In this document: positions 9,458 through 18,994 of the stretch, piece after piece
Position numbering within the stretch: position 1 is the stretch's first letter
Layout: each line of letters begins with the position of its first letter
From: Casimicrobiaceae bacterium
GTDB taxonomy: Bacteria > Pseudomonadota > Gammaproteobacteria > Burkholderiales > Casimicrobiaceae
NCBI GenBank assembly: GCA_035501215.1
Contig: DATJWL010000129.1
Location: 698 to 64,697 of the forward strand
Length of the DNA: 64,000 bases
Direction of reading: 5' to 3'
Translations under genes and position numbers: made by a program
The notes under the pieces: model-generated
What the model saw: only the letters and a program-made list of their open reading frames with translations
Told to the model about the DNA's origin: nothing
The model's database searches: none

Positions 9458-10765
9458 ATGGCCAAGCCGAAGACCACCCATTTCGACACGCTCGCCCTGC
9501 ATGCCGGCGCGCGGCCCGATCCTGCCACCGGCGCGCGCGCTACGCCGATCTACCAGTCGGCTTCGTTTGTCTTCCGCGACACCGATCACGCCGCGGCGCT
9601 CTTCAACATGGAGCGCGCGGGGCACGTCTACTCGCGCATCTCCAATCCGACCTGCGCGGTGCTCGAGGAGCGCATCAGCGCGCTCGAATGCGGCGTGGGG
9701 GCGATCGCGGTGGCGAGCGGGCAGGCGGCATTGCATCTCGCGATCGTGACGCTCATGGGCGCGGGCTCGCACATCGTCGCCTCGCGCTCGCTCTACGGCG
9801 GGTCGCACAATCTGCTCGACTTCACGTTGCCGCGCTTCGGCATCGAGACGACCTTCGTCAACCCGCGCGATCTGGACTCCTGGCGATGCGCAATCCGGCC
9901 GAACACGCGGCTTCTCTTCGGCGAAACACTCGGCAATCCGGGACTCGAGGTGCTCGACGTGCCGCGCGTGGCTGCGCTCGCGCACGAGCACGGATTGCCG
10001 CTGCTTGTCGATTCGACCTTCACGACACCCTCGCTCATGCGTCCGTTCGAGCACGGCGCCGACCTCGTGTATCACTCCGCCACCAAGTTCCTGTCGGGGC
10101 ACGGCGTGGTGATCGGCGGGCTTCTCGTCGACAGCGGCCGCTTCGACTGGAACGAGTCCGGCAAGAGCGCGGGCAAGTTCCCGACGCTGACCGAGCCTTA
10201 CGCGGGCTTCCACGGGATGGTGTTCGCCGAGGAGTCAACGACCGCCGCGTTCCTGCTCCGGGCTCGCCGCGAAGGGATTCGCGACTTCGGTGCGTGCATG
10301 GCGCCGATGACGGCGTTCCAGATCCTGCAGGGCATCGAGACGCTGCCGCTGCGTATGCAGCGCCACGTCGAGAACACGCGCAGGATCGTCGCCTTTCTCG
10401 CCGCGCATCCGTTCGTTGAGTCGGTCGGGTACCCCGAGCTGCCGACGCATCCCGACCGTGAGCTCGCGGGGCGGCTCCTGCCTCAAGGTTGCGGCGCGGT
10501 GTTCAGCTTCGCCATTCGCGGCACGCGCGACCAGGGCCGCAGGTTCATCGAACGTCTGAGCATCTTTTCGCACCTCGCCAACGTGGGCGACGCGAAATCG
10601 CTCGTGATCCATCCGGCTTCGACCACGCACTTCCGCGTCGCGATGGAGGATCTCAAGGCGGCCGGCATCACCGAGGGCACGATCCGGCTCTCGGTCGGGC
10701 TCGAGCACGCCGACGACCTGATCGAAGACCTCGCCCGCGCGTTGCGTGCGGCGGAAAAAGGCTGA
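9458..10765 (+). CDS. metY: O-acetylhomoserine aminocarboxypropyltransferase (sulfhydrylase)
   Basis: 435 aa; FDTLALHAG..., YSRISNPT and the PLP-lysine context HSATKFLSGHG. Confidence 0.88.
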   Translation: MAKPKTTHFDTLALHAGARPDPATGARATPIYQSASFVFRDTDHAAALFNMERAGHVYSRISNPTCAVLEERISALECGVGAIAVASGQAALHLAIVTLMGAGSHIVASRSLYGGSHNLLDFTLPRFGIETTFVNPRDLDSWRCAIRPNTRLLFGETLGNPGLEVLDVPRVAALAHEHGLPLLVDSTFTTPSLMRPFEHGADLVYHSATKFLSGHGVVIGGLLVDSGRFDWNESGKSAGKFPTLTEPYAGFHGMVFAEESTTAAFLLRARREGIRDFGACMAPMTAFQILQGIETLPLRMQRHVENTRRIVAFLAAHPFVESVGYPELPTHPDRELAGRLLPQGCGAVFSFAIRGTRDQGRRFIERLSIFSHLANVGDAKSLVIHPASTTHFRVAMEDLKAAGITEGTIRLSVGLEHADDLIEDLARALRAAEKG

Positions 10766-10769
10766 CGGC

Positions 10770-11558
10770 GTGCTGACAAGCGTCTCGGGACGCGCGGTCT
10801 ATGCGTACACCGGCGCGCGCGCCTTCGACCCCGCTCTGCCGACGATCGTCTTCGTGCATGGGGCGGCAAACGATCACAGCGTATGGGCGTTGCAGTCGCG
10901 TTATTTCGCCCATCATGGCCGGAACGTGCTCGCGGTCGATCTGCCCGGGCACGGGCGGAGCGAAGGCGCTCCGTTGCCGTCGGTGGAAGCGATCGCTGGC
11001 TGGCTCATGGCGCTGCTCGACGCGCTCGCGATCGAGACCGCGGCGCTCGTGGGTCACAGCCTCGGCTCGCTCGTCGTGCTCGATGCCACGGGCTGGCACC
11101 CCGCGCGTGCAAGCCGCATCGCGCTTCTCGGCCCTTCGGTGCCGATGCCGGTGAGCGATGCGCTCCTCGACGCGGCGAAGCGCGACGATCACGCGGCGTT
11201 CGAGATGATCAACGGCTGGTCGTTCTCACCTGCGGATCAGCTCGGCGGCAATCCGCTGCCCGGGGTGTGGATGACGGGCAACGCGATGCGCCTGATGGAG
11301 CGCTGCCGGCCCGGACTGCTGCACGCGGATCTCGCCGCTTGCAACAGCTATGCGGCCGGATTGTCGGCGGCGGAGAACGTGCGCTGCCCTGCGCTATTGA
11401 TCATCGGCGAGCGCGACCAGATGACCCTGCCGAAGAATGCCCGCGCGCTCGCCGCTGGGCTGTCCGACAAGCGTGTCGTGACGGTTCCCGATTGCGGCCA
11501 CAGCCTCATGACCGAAGCCCCGGACGCGGTGCTCGACGCGCTGCGGGAATTCCTATAG
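10770..11558 (+). CDS. alpha/beta-fold hydrolase
   Basis: IVFVHGAANDHSVW, nucleophile elbow GHSLGS, C-terminal CGHSLM. GTG at 10770 directly follows the metY stop; 10746 is an alternative start. Confidence 0.8.
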   Translation: MLTSVSGRAVYAYTGARAFDPALPTIVFVHGAANDHSVWALQSRYFAHHGRNVLAVDLPGHGRSEGAPLPSVEAIAGWLMALLDALAIETAALVGHSLGSLVVLDATGWHPARASRIALLGPSVPMPVSDALLDAAKRDDHAAFEMINGWSFSPADQLGGNPLPGVWMTGNAMRLMERCRPGLLHADLAACNSYAAGLSAAENVRCPALLIIGERDQMTLPKNARALAAGLSDKRVVTVPDCGHSLMTEAPDAVLDALREFL

Positions 11559-12104
11559 CTAACGCCACTTGATCGAGCAGCCGACGCTCGTTTTCTGCTG
11601 CACCGGTCCCTTGCCCGTGCGCGCGACCTGCACCATGGCGTTGAAGAGCTCGCGTTCTGCACCGGGCTTCGGCGAGCGGCCGGAGTCGTCGAGGCGGCCG
11701 CGATACTGCAGTCCGAGCCCCGCGTTGTAGCCGAAGAAGTCGGGCGTGCACACCGCGCCGTAGGCGCGGGCGACGTCCTGGGACTCGTCCCAGAGATAGG
11801 GAAACGGGAAGCGCAGTCGCGTAGCGACCGCTTTCATGTTGTCGAACGAGTCCTCGGGATAATCCGCGGGGTCGTTGCTGCAGATCGCGACCGAGCCGAT
11901 GCCGTGCGCCTTCAGTTCCGCCGCGTCGCGCACGATCTTGTCGATCACCGCCTTCACGAAGGGGCAGTGGTTGCAGATAAACATGACCAGAAGCCCGTTC
12001 GGCCCGCGCACGGCGTCGCGGCGGTAGCGGCGGCTATTGGTGGCGGGCAGCTCGAAGTCGGGCGCGGGGGCGTCGAAATCGCACACAGGTGGGGTCGCGG
12101 CCAT
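11559..12104 (-). CDS. thioredoxin-fold (AhpC/TSA-like) protein
   Basis: 181 aa; PAPDFELP..., CNHCPFV redox motif, C-terminal GCSIKW. Its stop abuts the convergent hydrolase stop (tagcta). Confidence 0.8.
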   Translation of the reverse strand: MAATPPVCDFDAPAPDFELPATNSRRYRRDAVRGPNGLLVMFICNHCPFVKAVIDKIVRDAAELKAHGIGSVAICSNDPADYPEDSFDNMKAVATRLRFPFPYLWDESQDVARAYGAVCTPDFFGYNAGLGLQYRGRLDDSGRSPKPGAERELFNAMVQVARTGKGPVQQKTSVGCSIKWR

Positions 12105-12187
12105 GGGTCAGCTTCCTCGCATTGGTGTGGCAAAATGCTAGCATGCCGCGCGACGCTCGGGATCGAGACTCAAGCGGCGCCACGCGC

Positions 12188-12919
12188 ATGACTGCCCGCT
12201 TCTTCTGCCCACCGCCGCTCGCCGCGGGCGCGGAAATCGCGCTTCCTTACGGCGCAGCGCATCACGCGGCGCAGGTTCTGCGGCTGCGCGTTGGCGATGC
12301 AGTCACGCTCTTCGACGGCGAGGGCGGGGAGTACGGCGCGCAGATCGCGCGCGTCACGCCGCATGCGGTGGGCCTGCGCGTCGTCGAGCGGCGCGCGATC
12401 GAGCGCGAGTCACCGCTGTCGATCACGCTCGTGCAGGCGCTCGTTTCCGCCGAGCGCATGGACTACGCGATTCAGAAGGCGGTGGAGTTGGGCGCCGCCG
12501 CAATCGCGCCGGTCGCGAGCGTGCGCAGCGTCACGCGTCTCGACGGCGCCCGCGCGCAGCGCCGTGTAGAGCACTGGCGGCAGATCGCCATCGCGTCGTG
12601 CGAGCAGTGCGGTCGCAATCGCCTGCCGGCCGTGCACGCGCCGTGCGAGCTTCGCGAATGGCTGCGACGGCCCTCGGAGACCGGGTTGCGTCTGCTGCTT
12701 GCGCCGGCCGCGCCGCAGTCGCTTGCCGATCTTCCGCCCCCGGATCGGGGCGTCGAGCTGCTGGTCGGTCCCGAGGGCGGACTCGCACCGGACGAGGAGA
12801 CTGCGGCGCTCGCCGCGGGCTTTCGCGGCGTGCGATTGGGCCCGCGCATCCTGCGCACCGAAACAGCGGGACCGGCCATGCTTGCCGCGATGAACGCCTT
12901 GTGGGGAGACTGGCGTTGA
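12188..12919 (+). CDS. rsmE: 16S rRNA (uracil1498-N3)-methyltransferase
   Basis: MTARFFCPPPL...HHAAQVLRLRVGD..., ERMDYAIQKAVELGAAAI, VGPEGGLAPDE and LGPRILRTETA. Confidence 0.85.
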   Translation: MTARFFCPPPLAAGAEIALPYGAAHHAAQVLRLRVGDAVTLFDGEGGEYGAQIARVTPHAVGLRVVERRAIERESPLSITLVQALVSAERMDYAIQKAVELGAAAIAPVASVRSVTRLDGARAQRRVEHWRQIAIASCEQCGRNRLPAVHAPCELREWLRRPSETGLRLLLAPAAPQSLADLPPPDRGVELLVGPEGGLAPDEETAALAAGFRGVRLGPRILRTETAGPAMLAAMNALWGDWR

Positions 12920-13036
12920 TCGAGGCGAACCGCGCCTGGTCGAAATGGTAAGCTTCGCCACGGCGCAGCCGACCCAGGCCGTTACTGCTTGCATGCTGCG
13001 CGCCTCGAAGACGCACTGTGTGCGGGGGAGACTTCC

Positions 13037-13756
13037 ATGAAAATCCTGTCGATCGCCTTGCTTTGCGCCGTCGTCGGCGCAACTGCGTCCGCTCAGCAGC
13101 CGCCTGACATTCCGCGCTTCTCCGCCGCCAAGTCGGGCGTCGCGCCGCCGCCGGAGTGGAAGCCCGTTTCGCTCGCTTCGTTCAAGAACAACACCGACTA
13201 CATGATGGTCGTCGAAGACGGAGCCGTGGTTGTTCGCGCCACGGCGCACAACGCGGCGTCCCTCCTCGGTGTGCAGACCGACTTCGATCCGCACCACTTT
13301 CCCTTGCTCTCCTGGCGCTGGAAGGTCGTGCAGGGCATTCCCGCTGCCAACACCGCCGAGCAGGCCAAGGAGGACGCACCGGTCCGGCTGATGGTGGCGT
13401 TTGCCGGCGACACGTCGAAGCTTGCCTTCAAGGAACGCTTCGCGGCGTCTGCGGCGCAGACGATCTCGGGCCAGCCGCTGCCGTACGCGACGCTGATGTA
13501 CATATGGGGGAGCAAGGTCGCGCCCGATTCGATCACCGTGAGCAGCCGCAGCCCGCGCATACGCATGCTGGCCGTCGCGGTCGACGATCAGGGGATCGGC
13601 AAGTGGCAGACGTACAAGCGTAACCTCGTCGAGGATTTCAAGCGAGCGTTCGGAGAAGAGCCGGGGAACGTGACCTCGATCGAGATCATGACCGACACCG
13701 ACAATACCGGCGCCGACGCGCAGGCCTACTACGGCGATATCAGCGTAGGCAAGTGA
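13037..13756 (+). CDS. exported DUF3047-like protein
   Basis: MKILSIALLCAVVGATASAQ signal; PLLSWRWKV and EDAPVRLMVAF blocks. Confidence 0.65.
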   Translation: MKILSIALLCAVVGATASAQQPPDIPRFSAAKSGVAPPPEWKPVSLASFKNNTDYMMVVEDGAVVVRATAHNAASLLGVQTDFDPHHFPLLSWRWKVVQGIPAANTAEQAKEDAPVRLMVAFAGDTSKLAFKERFAASAAQTISGQPLPYATLMYIWGSKVAPDSITVSSRSPRIRMLAVAVDDQGIGKWQTYKRNLVEDFKRAFGEEPGNVTSIEIMTDTDNTGADAQAYYGDISVGK

Positions 13757-13810
13757 CGCATCCGTCCGAGAGTGCCGCACCCGAGTGCGCGCGCGATCGG
13801 AAACGGATGC

Positions 13811-13951
13811 GTCATCCTGAGCGAGCGAAGCGAGTCGAAGGATCTGCTGCAAAGGCAGATTCCTCGCTGCGCTCGGAATGACAGTCAGGCCCTGTCGAAG
13901 GATCTGCTGTGCAAAAGCAGATTCCTCGCTGCGCTCGGAGTGACAGTCAGG
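13811..13951. repeat. REP-like palindromic element (family copy 2), right half tandemly duplicated
   Basis: gtcatcctgagcgagcgaagcgagtcgaaggatctgc faces gcagattcctcgctgcgctcggaatgac. The unit gtcgaaggatctgctg..gcagattcctcgctgcgctcgga.tgacagtcagg occurs twice (13834-13889, 13894-13951). Confidence 0.75.
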
Positions 13952-14387
13952 TTCTGGCGTCGGCAGCGACCAAGACGCTGCAGCGGACGCGCTCGATCAG
14001 GATCGCATCGACCGAGCCCCGCCACCAGCGCATCGCGAAGGACTTGCTGCGCGGATGACCGAGGATCAGGAGATCGATGCCGAGCTCGCTCACGAGCTTG
14101 GTGAGGACGTCGACCGGCTCGCCGACGACCAGGTGCTCCTTGACGTTGAGTCCCTTGCCGGCCAGCAGCGCGTGCGCATCCTTCAGATCCGCTTCCATGT
14201 GCTCGCGCTCGTCGGCGAGCGCGACCTCGGGCACGTACTCGCCGGCGAGCAGATAAGCCGACGGATAGTGGACCACGCCTGCGAGATGCACCTCGATCGA
14301 AGCATCGGAGGCGAGGCGCATGACCTCGTCGAGCGCGGAGCGCGATTCGGGTGCGCCGTTGTAGGCAACGAGAATCTTTTTGTACAT
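13947..14387 (-). CDS. universal stress protein (UspA family)
   Basis: 146 aa; MYKKILVAYNGAPES..., GIDLLILGHPRS and VLVAA. Confidence 0.85.
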   Translation of the reverse strand: MYKKILVAYNGAPESRSALDEVMRLASDASIEVHLAGVVHYPSAYLLAGEYVPEVALADEREHMEADLKDAHALLAGKGLNVKEHLVVGEPVDVLTKLVSELGIDLLILGHPRSKSFAMRWWRGSVDAILIERVRCSVLVAADART

Positions 14388-14429
14388 GGCTCCCTCCTCA
14401 ACCCCGAGAGTCCTCGCGACGGCGGCGGG

Positions 14430-15470
14430 TCAGTGCGGCCGCAAACGCGATCGTAACGCTTCGTCCGGCTGCCGACAAAGTGCGAGCGCGAGCGCCGCCA
14501 GCTCCTGCCAGACGTCGCCCTTCCCGAGGCCCTTGGCGAGCGCGTCGAGGCGAGCGAGCCCAGTGACGAGCTCCGGGAGCATCGACGGCGAGACGCGCCG
14601 TGCGGCCATCTCGAGCGCCCCCTGACGCCTGCCCCAGACGCGCGCGTTGCGCACGGCCTCCCCGCGGGGTGTTCCCGAAGCCATCGCGTCGAGCACCTGC
14701 GCGAGCGCGTGAAGGTCCTCCCCGAGCTGCCAGATGAGGAGCGGCATGCCTTCGCCCTCGCCCTCCAGAGCGGCGATGATGCGGCAGACCCGGGGCGCGT
14801 CGCCCGCGAGCCAGGCCTCCGAGAGCTGGAAGACATCGAAGCGCGCGACATCGGCCACGGCCCGCTCGACCGCATCGTGGTCCAGTTCGCCTTCGGGCAG
14901 CAGCAAGCCGAGCTTCTCGATCTCCTGCTGCGCCGCGAGCAGGTTGCCCTCGGTCGTGTCGGAGAGAAACTGCAGGGTGTCCGCCGACACGCGCTGCTTC
15001 TGGCGCGCGAGACGCGCCGCAAGCCATCGCGGCAATTCCGCGCGGTCGAGCGGCTGCACGGCGACGCTGACGCCGGCTCGCTCGAGCGCGCTGAACCAGG
15101 CCGAGCCCTGTGCGGTCCGATCGAGCCGCGGCAGCGTAACGAGCGTCACCGCGTCGGGGCTGGGATGGTTCGCGCAGTCTTCGAGCGCGCGCGCACCCTC
15201 GACTCCGGGCCGGCCCGAAGGAATCCGCAGATCGACGAGCTTGCGTGCGCCGAAGAGCCCGAGGTTGCGGTTCGCCGCCGCGAAGGCTTCCCATTTGAAT
15301 CCAGCCTCGGCGACCAGAACGTCGCGTGCGTCGAAGCCGGCGGCGCGCGCCGCAGCGCGGATCTCGTCACCGGCCTCGCTTGCGAGTAGCGGCTCGTCGC
15401 CGTGAATCACATACAGCGCGCGGAGACCTTTCGCGAGGTGCGCGCCGAGCTGCGCGGGCCGGAGTTGCAT
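14430..15470 (-). CDS. holA: DNA polymerase III subunit delta
   Basis: 346 aa; LRPAQLGAHLAKGLRALYVIHGDEPLL. Sits in the conserved leuS-lptE-holA order. Confidence 0.85.
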   Translation of the reverse strand: MQLRPAQLGAHLAKGLRALYVIHGDEPLLASEAGDEIRAAARAAGFDARDVLVAEAGFKWEAFAAANRNLGLFGARKLVDLRIPSGRPGVEGARALEDCANHPSPDAVTLVTLPRLDRTAQGSAWFSALERAGVSVAVQPLDRAELPRWLAARLARQKQRVSADTLQFLSDTTEGNLLAAQQEIEKLGLLLPEGELDHDAVERAVADVARFDVFQLSEAWLAGDAPRVCRIIAALEGEGEGMPLLIWQLGEDLHALAQVLDAMASGTPRGEAVRNARVWGRRQGALEMAARRVSPSMLPELVTGLARLDALAKGLGKGDVWQELAALALALCRQPDEALRSRLRPH

Positions 15471-15509
15471 GGCGATGTTCTCAGCGAAGTGCGTTGGCGC
15501 GGCAGACGT

Positions 15510-16037
15510 TCAGGCCACGGGCTTCTTGGCCGACTGCAGCCGGCGCACGATCAACTGGATCGCGTCGTCCTGCATGTCGAGCCACAGGCGCTGCTCCTCG
15601 TACTCCTTCGCGAGCGCCTCGGTATCGGTGTACGTGTAGGTGCGGCGAACGACGACTTCGGCCGTCGGCAGCCAGTCGTTGCCGTCCTTGTCGTGAACGC
15701 GGAAGAGCACGCGCTTGGTCAGCAGGAATTCGCTCACCTTGCCGCCGCTCGAAAGCGAGAGGATCTGCTTGTTGTTCTCGACCGTAGTGATATCGAGGAT
15801 GACCTGCGCCTGGTCAGCGGAGGGGACGATTTGCGCGCTGGCGCCTCCCTGCAGCGAGCGTCTGAGGTCGGTCGTGAGCGGCTGCGACGCCGGCGAGTTG
15901 AGATAGAGCGTATCGAACGGATAATGCACCTCGCCGCGCAGATGGAAGCCGCAGGCGACGAGTGCGCCCGAGAGGGCGAGCCCGACGCCCAGTCGGGCGA
16001 AGGCCGATCGGCTTGCGCACTCGTCGTCCCGGCGCAA
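15510..16037 (-). CDS. lptE: LPS-assembly lipoprotein LptE
   Basis: Lipobox LSGALVACGFHLRG, directly downstream of leuS. The TTG start at 16037 is inferred; the in-frame ORF extends to 16142 but would overlap leuS. Confidence 0.75.
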   Translation of the reverse strand: MRRDDECASRSAFARLGVGLALSGALVACGFHLRGEVHYPFDTLYLNSPASQPLTTDLRRSLQGGASAQIVPSADQAQVILDITTVENNKQILSLSSGGKVSEFLLTKRVLFRVHDKDGNDWLPTAEVVVRRTYTYTDTEALAKEYEEQRLWLDMQDDAIQLIVRRLQSAKKPVA

Positions 16038-16128
16038 GCGGGGACCCAGTGTCTTTGGTGCAGACGCCACGGGATTCCCGCCCGCGATCGGGTCGGGGGC
16101 AGGCTTTGCGCGGGAATGACGACGGGAC

Positions 16129-18753
16129 TCAGCACACCACATTGACCAGCCGTCCCGGCACGACCACGATCTTTCGCGGTGTCGCCCCGTTGCAATGTTT
16201 CTTGACTTCCGGGCTCGCCACCGCGGCGCGTTCGATCTCCGCCTTGTCGGCCGCCGACGGAACGACGATCCTGCCGCGCAGCTTGCCGTTCACCTGAAGC
16301 ACCAACTCGATCTCGTCCTGCGCGAGCGCGGCCGCGTCCACCGTCGGCCACGGCGCGTCGAGGATGTCGTCGTACTTCGCGGCGTACCCGAGCTGTTCCC
16401 ACAGCGCGTGTGCGATGTGTGGCACGACCGGGGCGAGCACGCGCAACAGAACCGAGAGCCCCTCGCGCGCCAGCTCGATCGCGGGCGCTGTCTGGTCGGG
16501 GATACGCTCGAGCGCGTTCAGCATCTTCATGCCTGCCGAGACGACGGTGTTGTACTTCACACGCTTGTAGTCGTCGTCCGCCTGCTTGAGATGCAGATGA
16601 AGCTCGCGGCGGATCTCGCGCAGCGCAGGCGGCGCATCCGCCCAGTTGATCGGGACGGGGGCGCGCGCGAGCGCTGCGGCGTGGTCCTGCGCGTACGCCC
16701 ACAGGCGCTTCAGGAACCGGAACGCGCCGTCGACCGCGTCGTCGGACCAGAGGGCGGAATCGTCCGGAGGCCCTGCAAACATGACGAAGAGCCGCGCCGT
16801 GTCGGCGCCGTATTTCGCGATCAGATCGTTCGGGTCCACGCCGTTCTTTTTGCTCTTGGACATCGTGCTGATGCCTTCGTACTCGACCTGCCGGCCATCG
16901 CTCTTCAGCGTGCCGCCGGTGATGCGACCTGAGGCGTCGTGGATCGGCTCGACCTCTTCCGGCGGGAAATAGTCGATGCCCCCCTTGTCGGTGCGGCGGA
17001 AGTAGGCGTGGTTGAGCAGCATGCCCTGCGTCATCAGGCGCGTGAACGGCTCGTCGAATTTCAGCATCCCCATGTCGCGCATGACCTTGGTCCAGAAGCG
17101 CGCGTAGAGCAGATGCAGGATCGCGTGCTCGATGCCGCCGATGTACTGGTCCATCGGGTTCCAGTAATCGTTGCGCGCGTCGATCATCGTGGCCGCGCCG
17201 GGACAGGCGTAGCGCATGTAGTACCAGGACGAATCGACGAAAGTGTCCAGCGTGTCGGTCTCGCGCTTCGCCGGACCGCCGCACTTGGGACAATCGACGT
17301 TGACGAAGTCGGCGCGCTTGGCGAGCGGGTTACCGCTGCCGTCGGGCACGCAATCCTCCGGCAGCACAACCGGCAGATCCTTCTCCGGCACCGGGACGTC
17401 GCCGCAGCTTCCGCAATGGATGATCGGGATCGGGGTGCCCCAGTAGCGCTGGCGCGAGACACCCCAGTCGCGCAGGCGATAGCGCACCTGTTTCTCGCCC
17501 AAACCTTTAGCTGCGAGGTCGGCGGCCACCGCATCGACCGCTCTCTGGTAAGCGAGACCGTCGTACTTTCCGGAGTTCACGCAGCGGCCACGCTCCTTGT
17601 CCTCGTACCACGCCTGCCACGCATCGTCGGAGAAGATCTCGCCGTCTATCGCGATCACCTGCTTGATCGGCAGGCGGTATTTCTTCGCGAACGCGAAATC
17701 GCGCTCGTCGTGGCCCGGCACGCCCATAACCGCGCCCTCGCCGTAGGCCATGAGCACGTAATTGCCGACCCACAGGGCGATCTTCTCGCCGGTGAGCGGG
17801 TGCGTCACGAAGAGTCCCGTCGGCATGCCTTTCTTTTCCATCGTGGCGATCTCGGCCTCGATGGTCGTCCCGCGCTTGCATTCCTCGATGAACGCTGCCA
17901 GCTCGGGATTCGCAGCGGCGGCATGCGCGGCCAAAGGATGTTCCGCAGCCACAGCGCAGAAGGTGACACCCATGATCGTGTCGGCGCGCGTGGTGTAGAC
18001 CCACATGCTTCCGTCGCCGATGAGCGCGCCCTTCGCGTCGCGAACGTCGTGCGGGAAGGCGAAGCGCACGCCCTCGCTCTTCCCGATCCAGTTCGCCTGC
18101 ATCGTGCGCACGCGCTCCGGCCAGCCGGTCATCTCGTCGAGCTTCGCGAGCAGCTCCTCGGCGTAGTCGGTGATGCGCAGGTAATACATCGGTATCTCGC
18201 GCCTCTCGACCGTCGCGCCGGAGCGCCAGCCCTTGCCGTCGATGACCTGCTCGTTGGCAAGCACGGTCTGATCGGCAGGATCCCAGTTGACGACGCCGGT
18301 GGTCTTGTACGCGATCCCCTTCTCGAGCATTTTCAGGAACAGCCACTGGTTCCAGCGGTAGTACTCGGGGTCGCACGTGGAGAGTTCGCGCGACCAGTCG
18401 ATGGCGAGCCCCACCGCCTGCATCTGCTTCTTCATGTAGGCGATATTGTCGCGGGTCCACTTCGCGGGGGCCATGCCGACCTTCATCGCCGCATTCTCGG
18501 CGGGTAGCCCGAACGCGTCCCAGCCCATCGGCGAGAGAACGTTGTACCCGTTCATGCGCAGGTACCGGTACATCATGTCGTTGATCGTGTAATTGCGCAC
18601 GTGTCCCATGTGCAGCACGCCCGAGGGGTACGGCAGCATCGACACGAGGTAGAACTTGCGCTTGCCCGCGTCTTCGCACGCGCGGAATGCGTCGCGCGAC
18701 ACCCAATGGGCGCGCGCAGCGGCTTCGATCTCGGCGGGGCGATACGGTTGCAC
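16129..18753 (-). CDS. leuS: leucine--tRNA ligase
   Basis: 874 aa; HIGH-type motif ([13 protein letters not shown]) and KMSKS motif (TMSKSKKN). Confidence 0.95.
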   Translation of the reverse strand: MQPYRPAEIEAAARAHWVSRDAFRACEDAGKRKFYLVSMLPYPSGVLHMGHVRNYTINDMMYRYLRMNGYNVLSPMGWDAFGLPAENAAMKVGMAPAKWTRDNIAYMKKQMQAVGLAIDWSRELSTCDPEYYRWNQWLFLKMLEKGIAYKTTGVVNWDPADQTVLANEQVIDGKGWRSGATVERREIPMYYLRITDYAEELLAKLDEMTGWPERVRTMQANWIGKSEGVRFAFPHDVRDAKGALIGDGSMWVYTTRADTIMGVTFCAVAAEHPLAAHAAAANPELAAFIEECKRGTTIEAEIATMEKKGMPTGLFVTHPLTGEKIALWVGNYVLMAYGEGAVMGVPGHDERDFAFAKKYRLPIKQVIAIDGEIFSDDAWQAWYEDKERGRCVNSGKYDGLAYQRAVDAVAADLAAKGLGEKQVRYRLRDWGVSRQRYWGTPIPIIHCGSCGDVPVPEKDLPVVLPEDCVPDGSGNPLAKRADFVNVDCPKCGGPAKRETDTLDTFVDSSWYYMRYACPGAATMIDARNDYWNPMDQYIGGIEHAILHLLYARFWTKVMRDMGMLKFDEPFTRLMTQGMLLNHAYFRRTDKGGIDYFPPEEVEPIHDASGRITGGTLKSDGRQVEYEGISTMSKSKKNGVDPNDLIAKYGADTARLFVMFAGPPDDSALWSDDAVDGAFRFLKRLWAYAQDHAAALARAPVPINWADAPPALREIRRELHLHLKQADDDYKRVKYNTVVSAGMKMLNALERIPDQTAPAIELAREGLSVLLRVLAPVVPHIAHALWEQLGYAAKYDDILDAPWPTVDAAALAQDEIELVLQVNGKLRGRIVVPSAADKAEIERAAVASPEVKKHCNGATPRKIVVVPGRLVNVVC

Positions 18754-18785
18754 GGGGTGGTCGTTCGAGCTCTCGTCGAGCGGCG

Positions 18786-18791
18786 ATTATA
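18786..18791 (-). promoter_or_regulatory. candidate -10 hexamer for leuS
   Basis: Perfect TATAAT on the minus strand (ggtataatcg), 33 nt upstream of the leuS start, within GC-rich sequence. No convincing -35. Confidence 0.3.
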
Positions 18792-18994
18792 CCGGCAGCC
18801 TCCCATGGGCCCGTGCGAGGAAGGCTTCAATGTCGAGCCTACCATTGGTCGGACGGTGCGCAGCGTTCGCGCTGCATCGGCCCCGGACGCGGGAATACCC
18901 CGACTGCTAGAATTGTATGTTGTTTGGCGAGGGAACCTTGGCGGCCCGGAGCCGCCCAAGCGTTCACCGTTCTCGCGATCGAAGTCGCTCACTC

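Noticed and set aside
7757-10213. 818-aa minus-strand ORF
   Set aside because: Only the last 365 codons (from ATG 8854) form the radical SAM protein. The upstream part is antisense to osmC and metY and is low complexity.
11556-11561. Back-to-back stop codons (tag|cta) of convergent genes with zero spacer
   Set aside because: This is real in the sequence but has no further signal attached. It simply implies the two transcripts overlap or terminate inside each other.
13834-13951. Possible mini-CRISPR (two ~56-nt direct repeats)
   Set aside because: There are only two units, separated by 4 nt with no spacer-sized unique sequence. The units are halves of a palindromic REP-like element also found at 161 and 35232. 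No cas genes are present.
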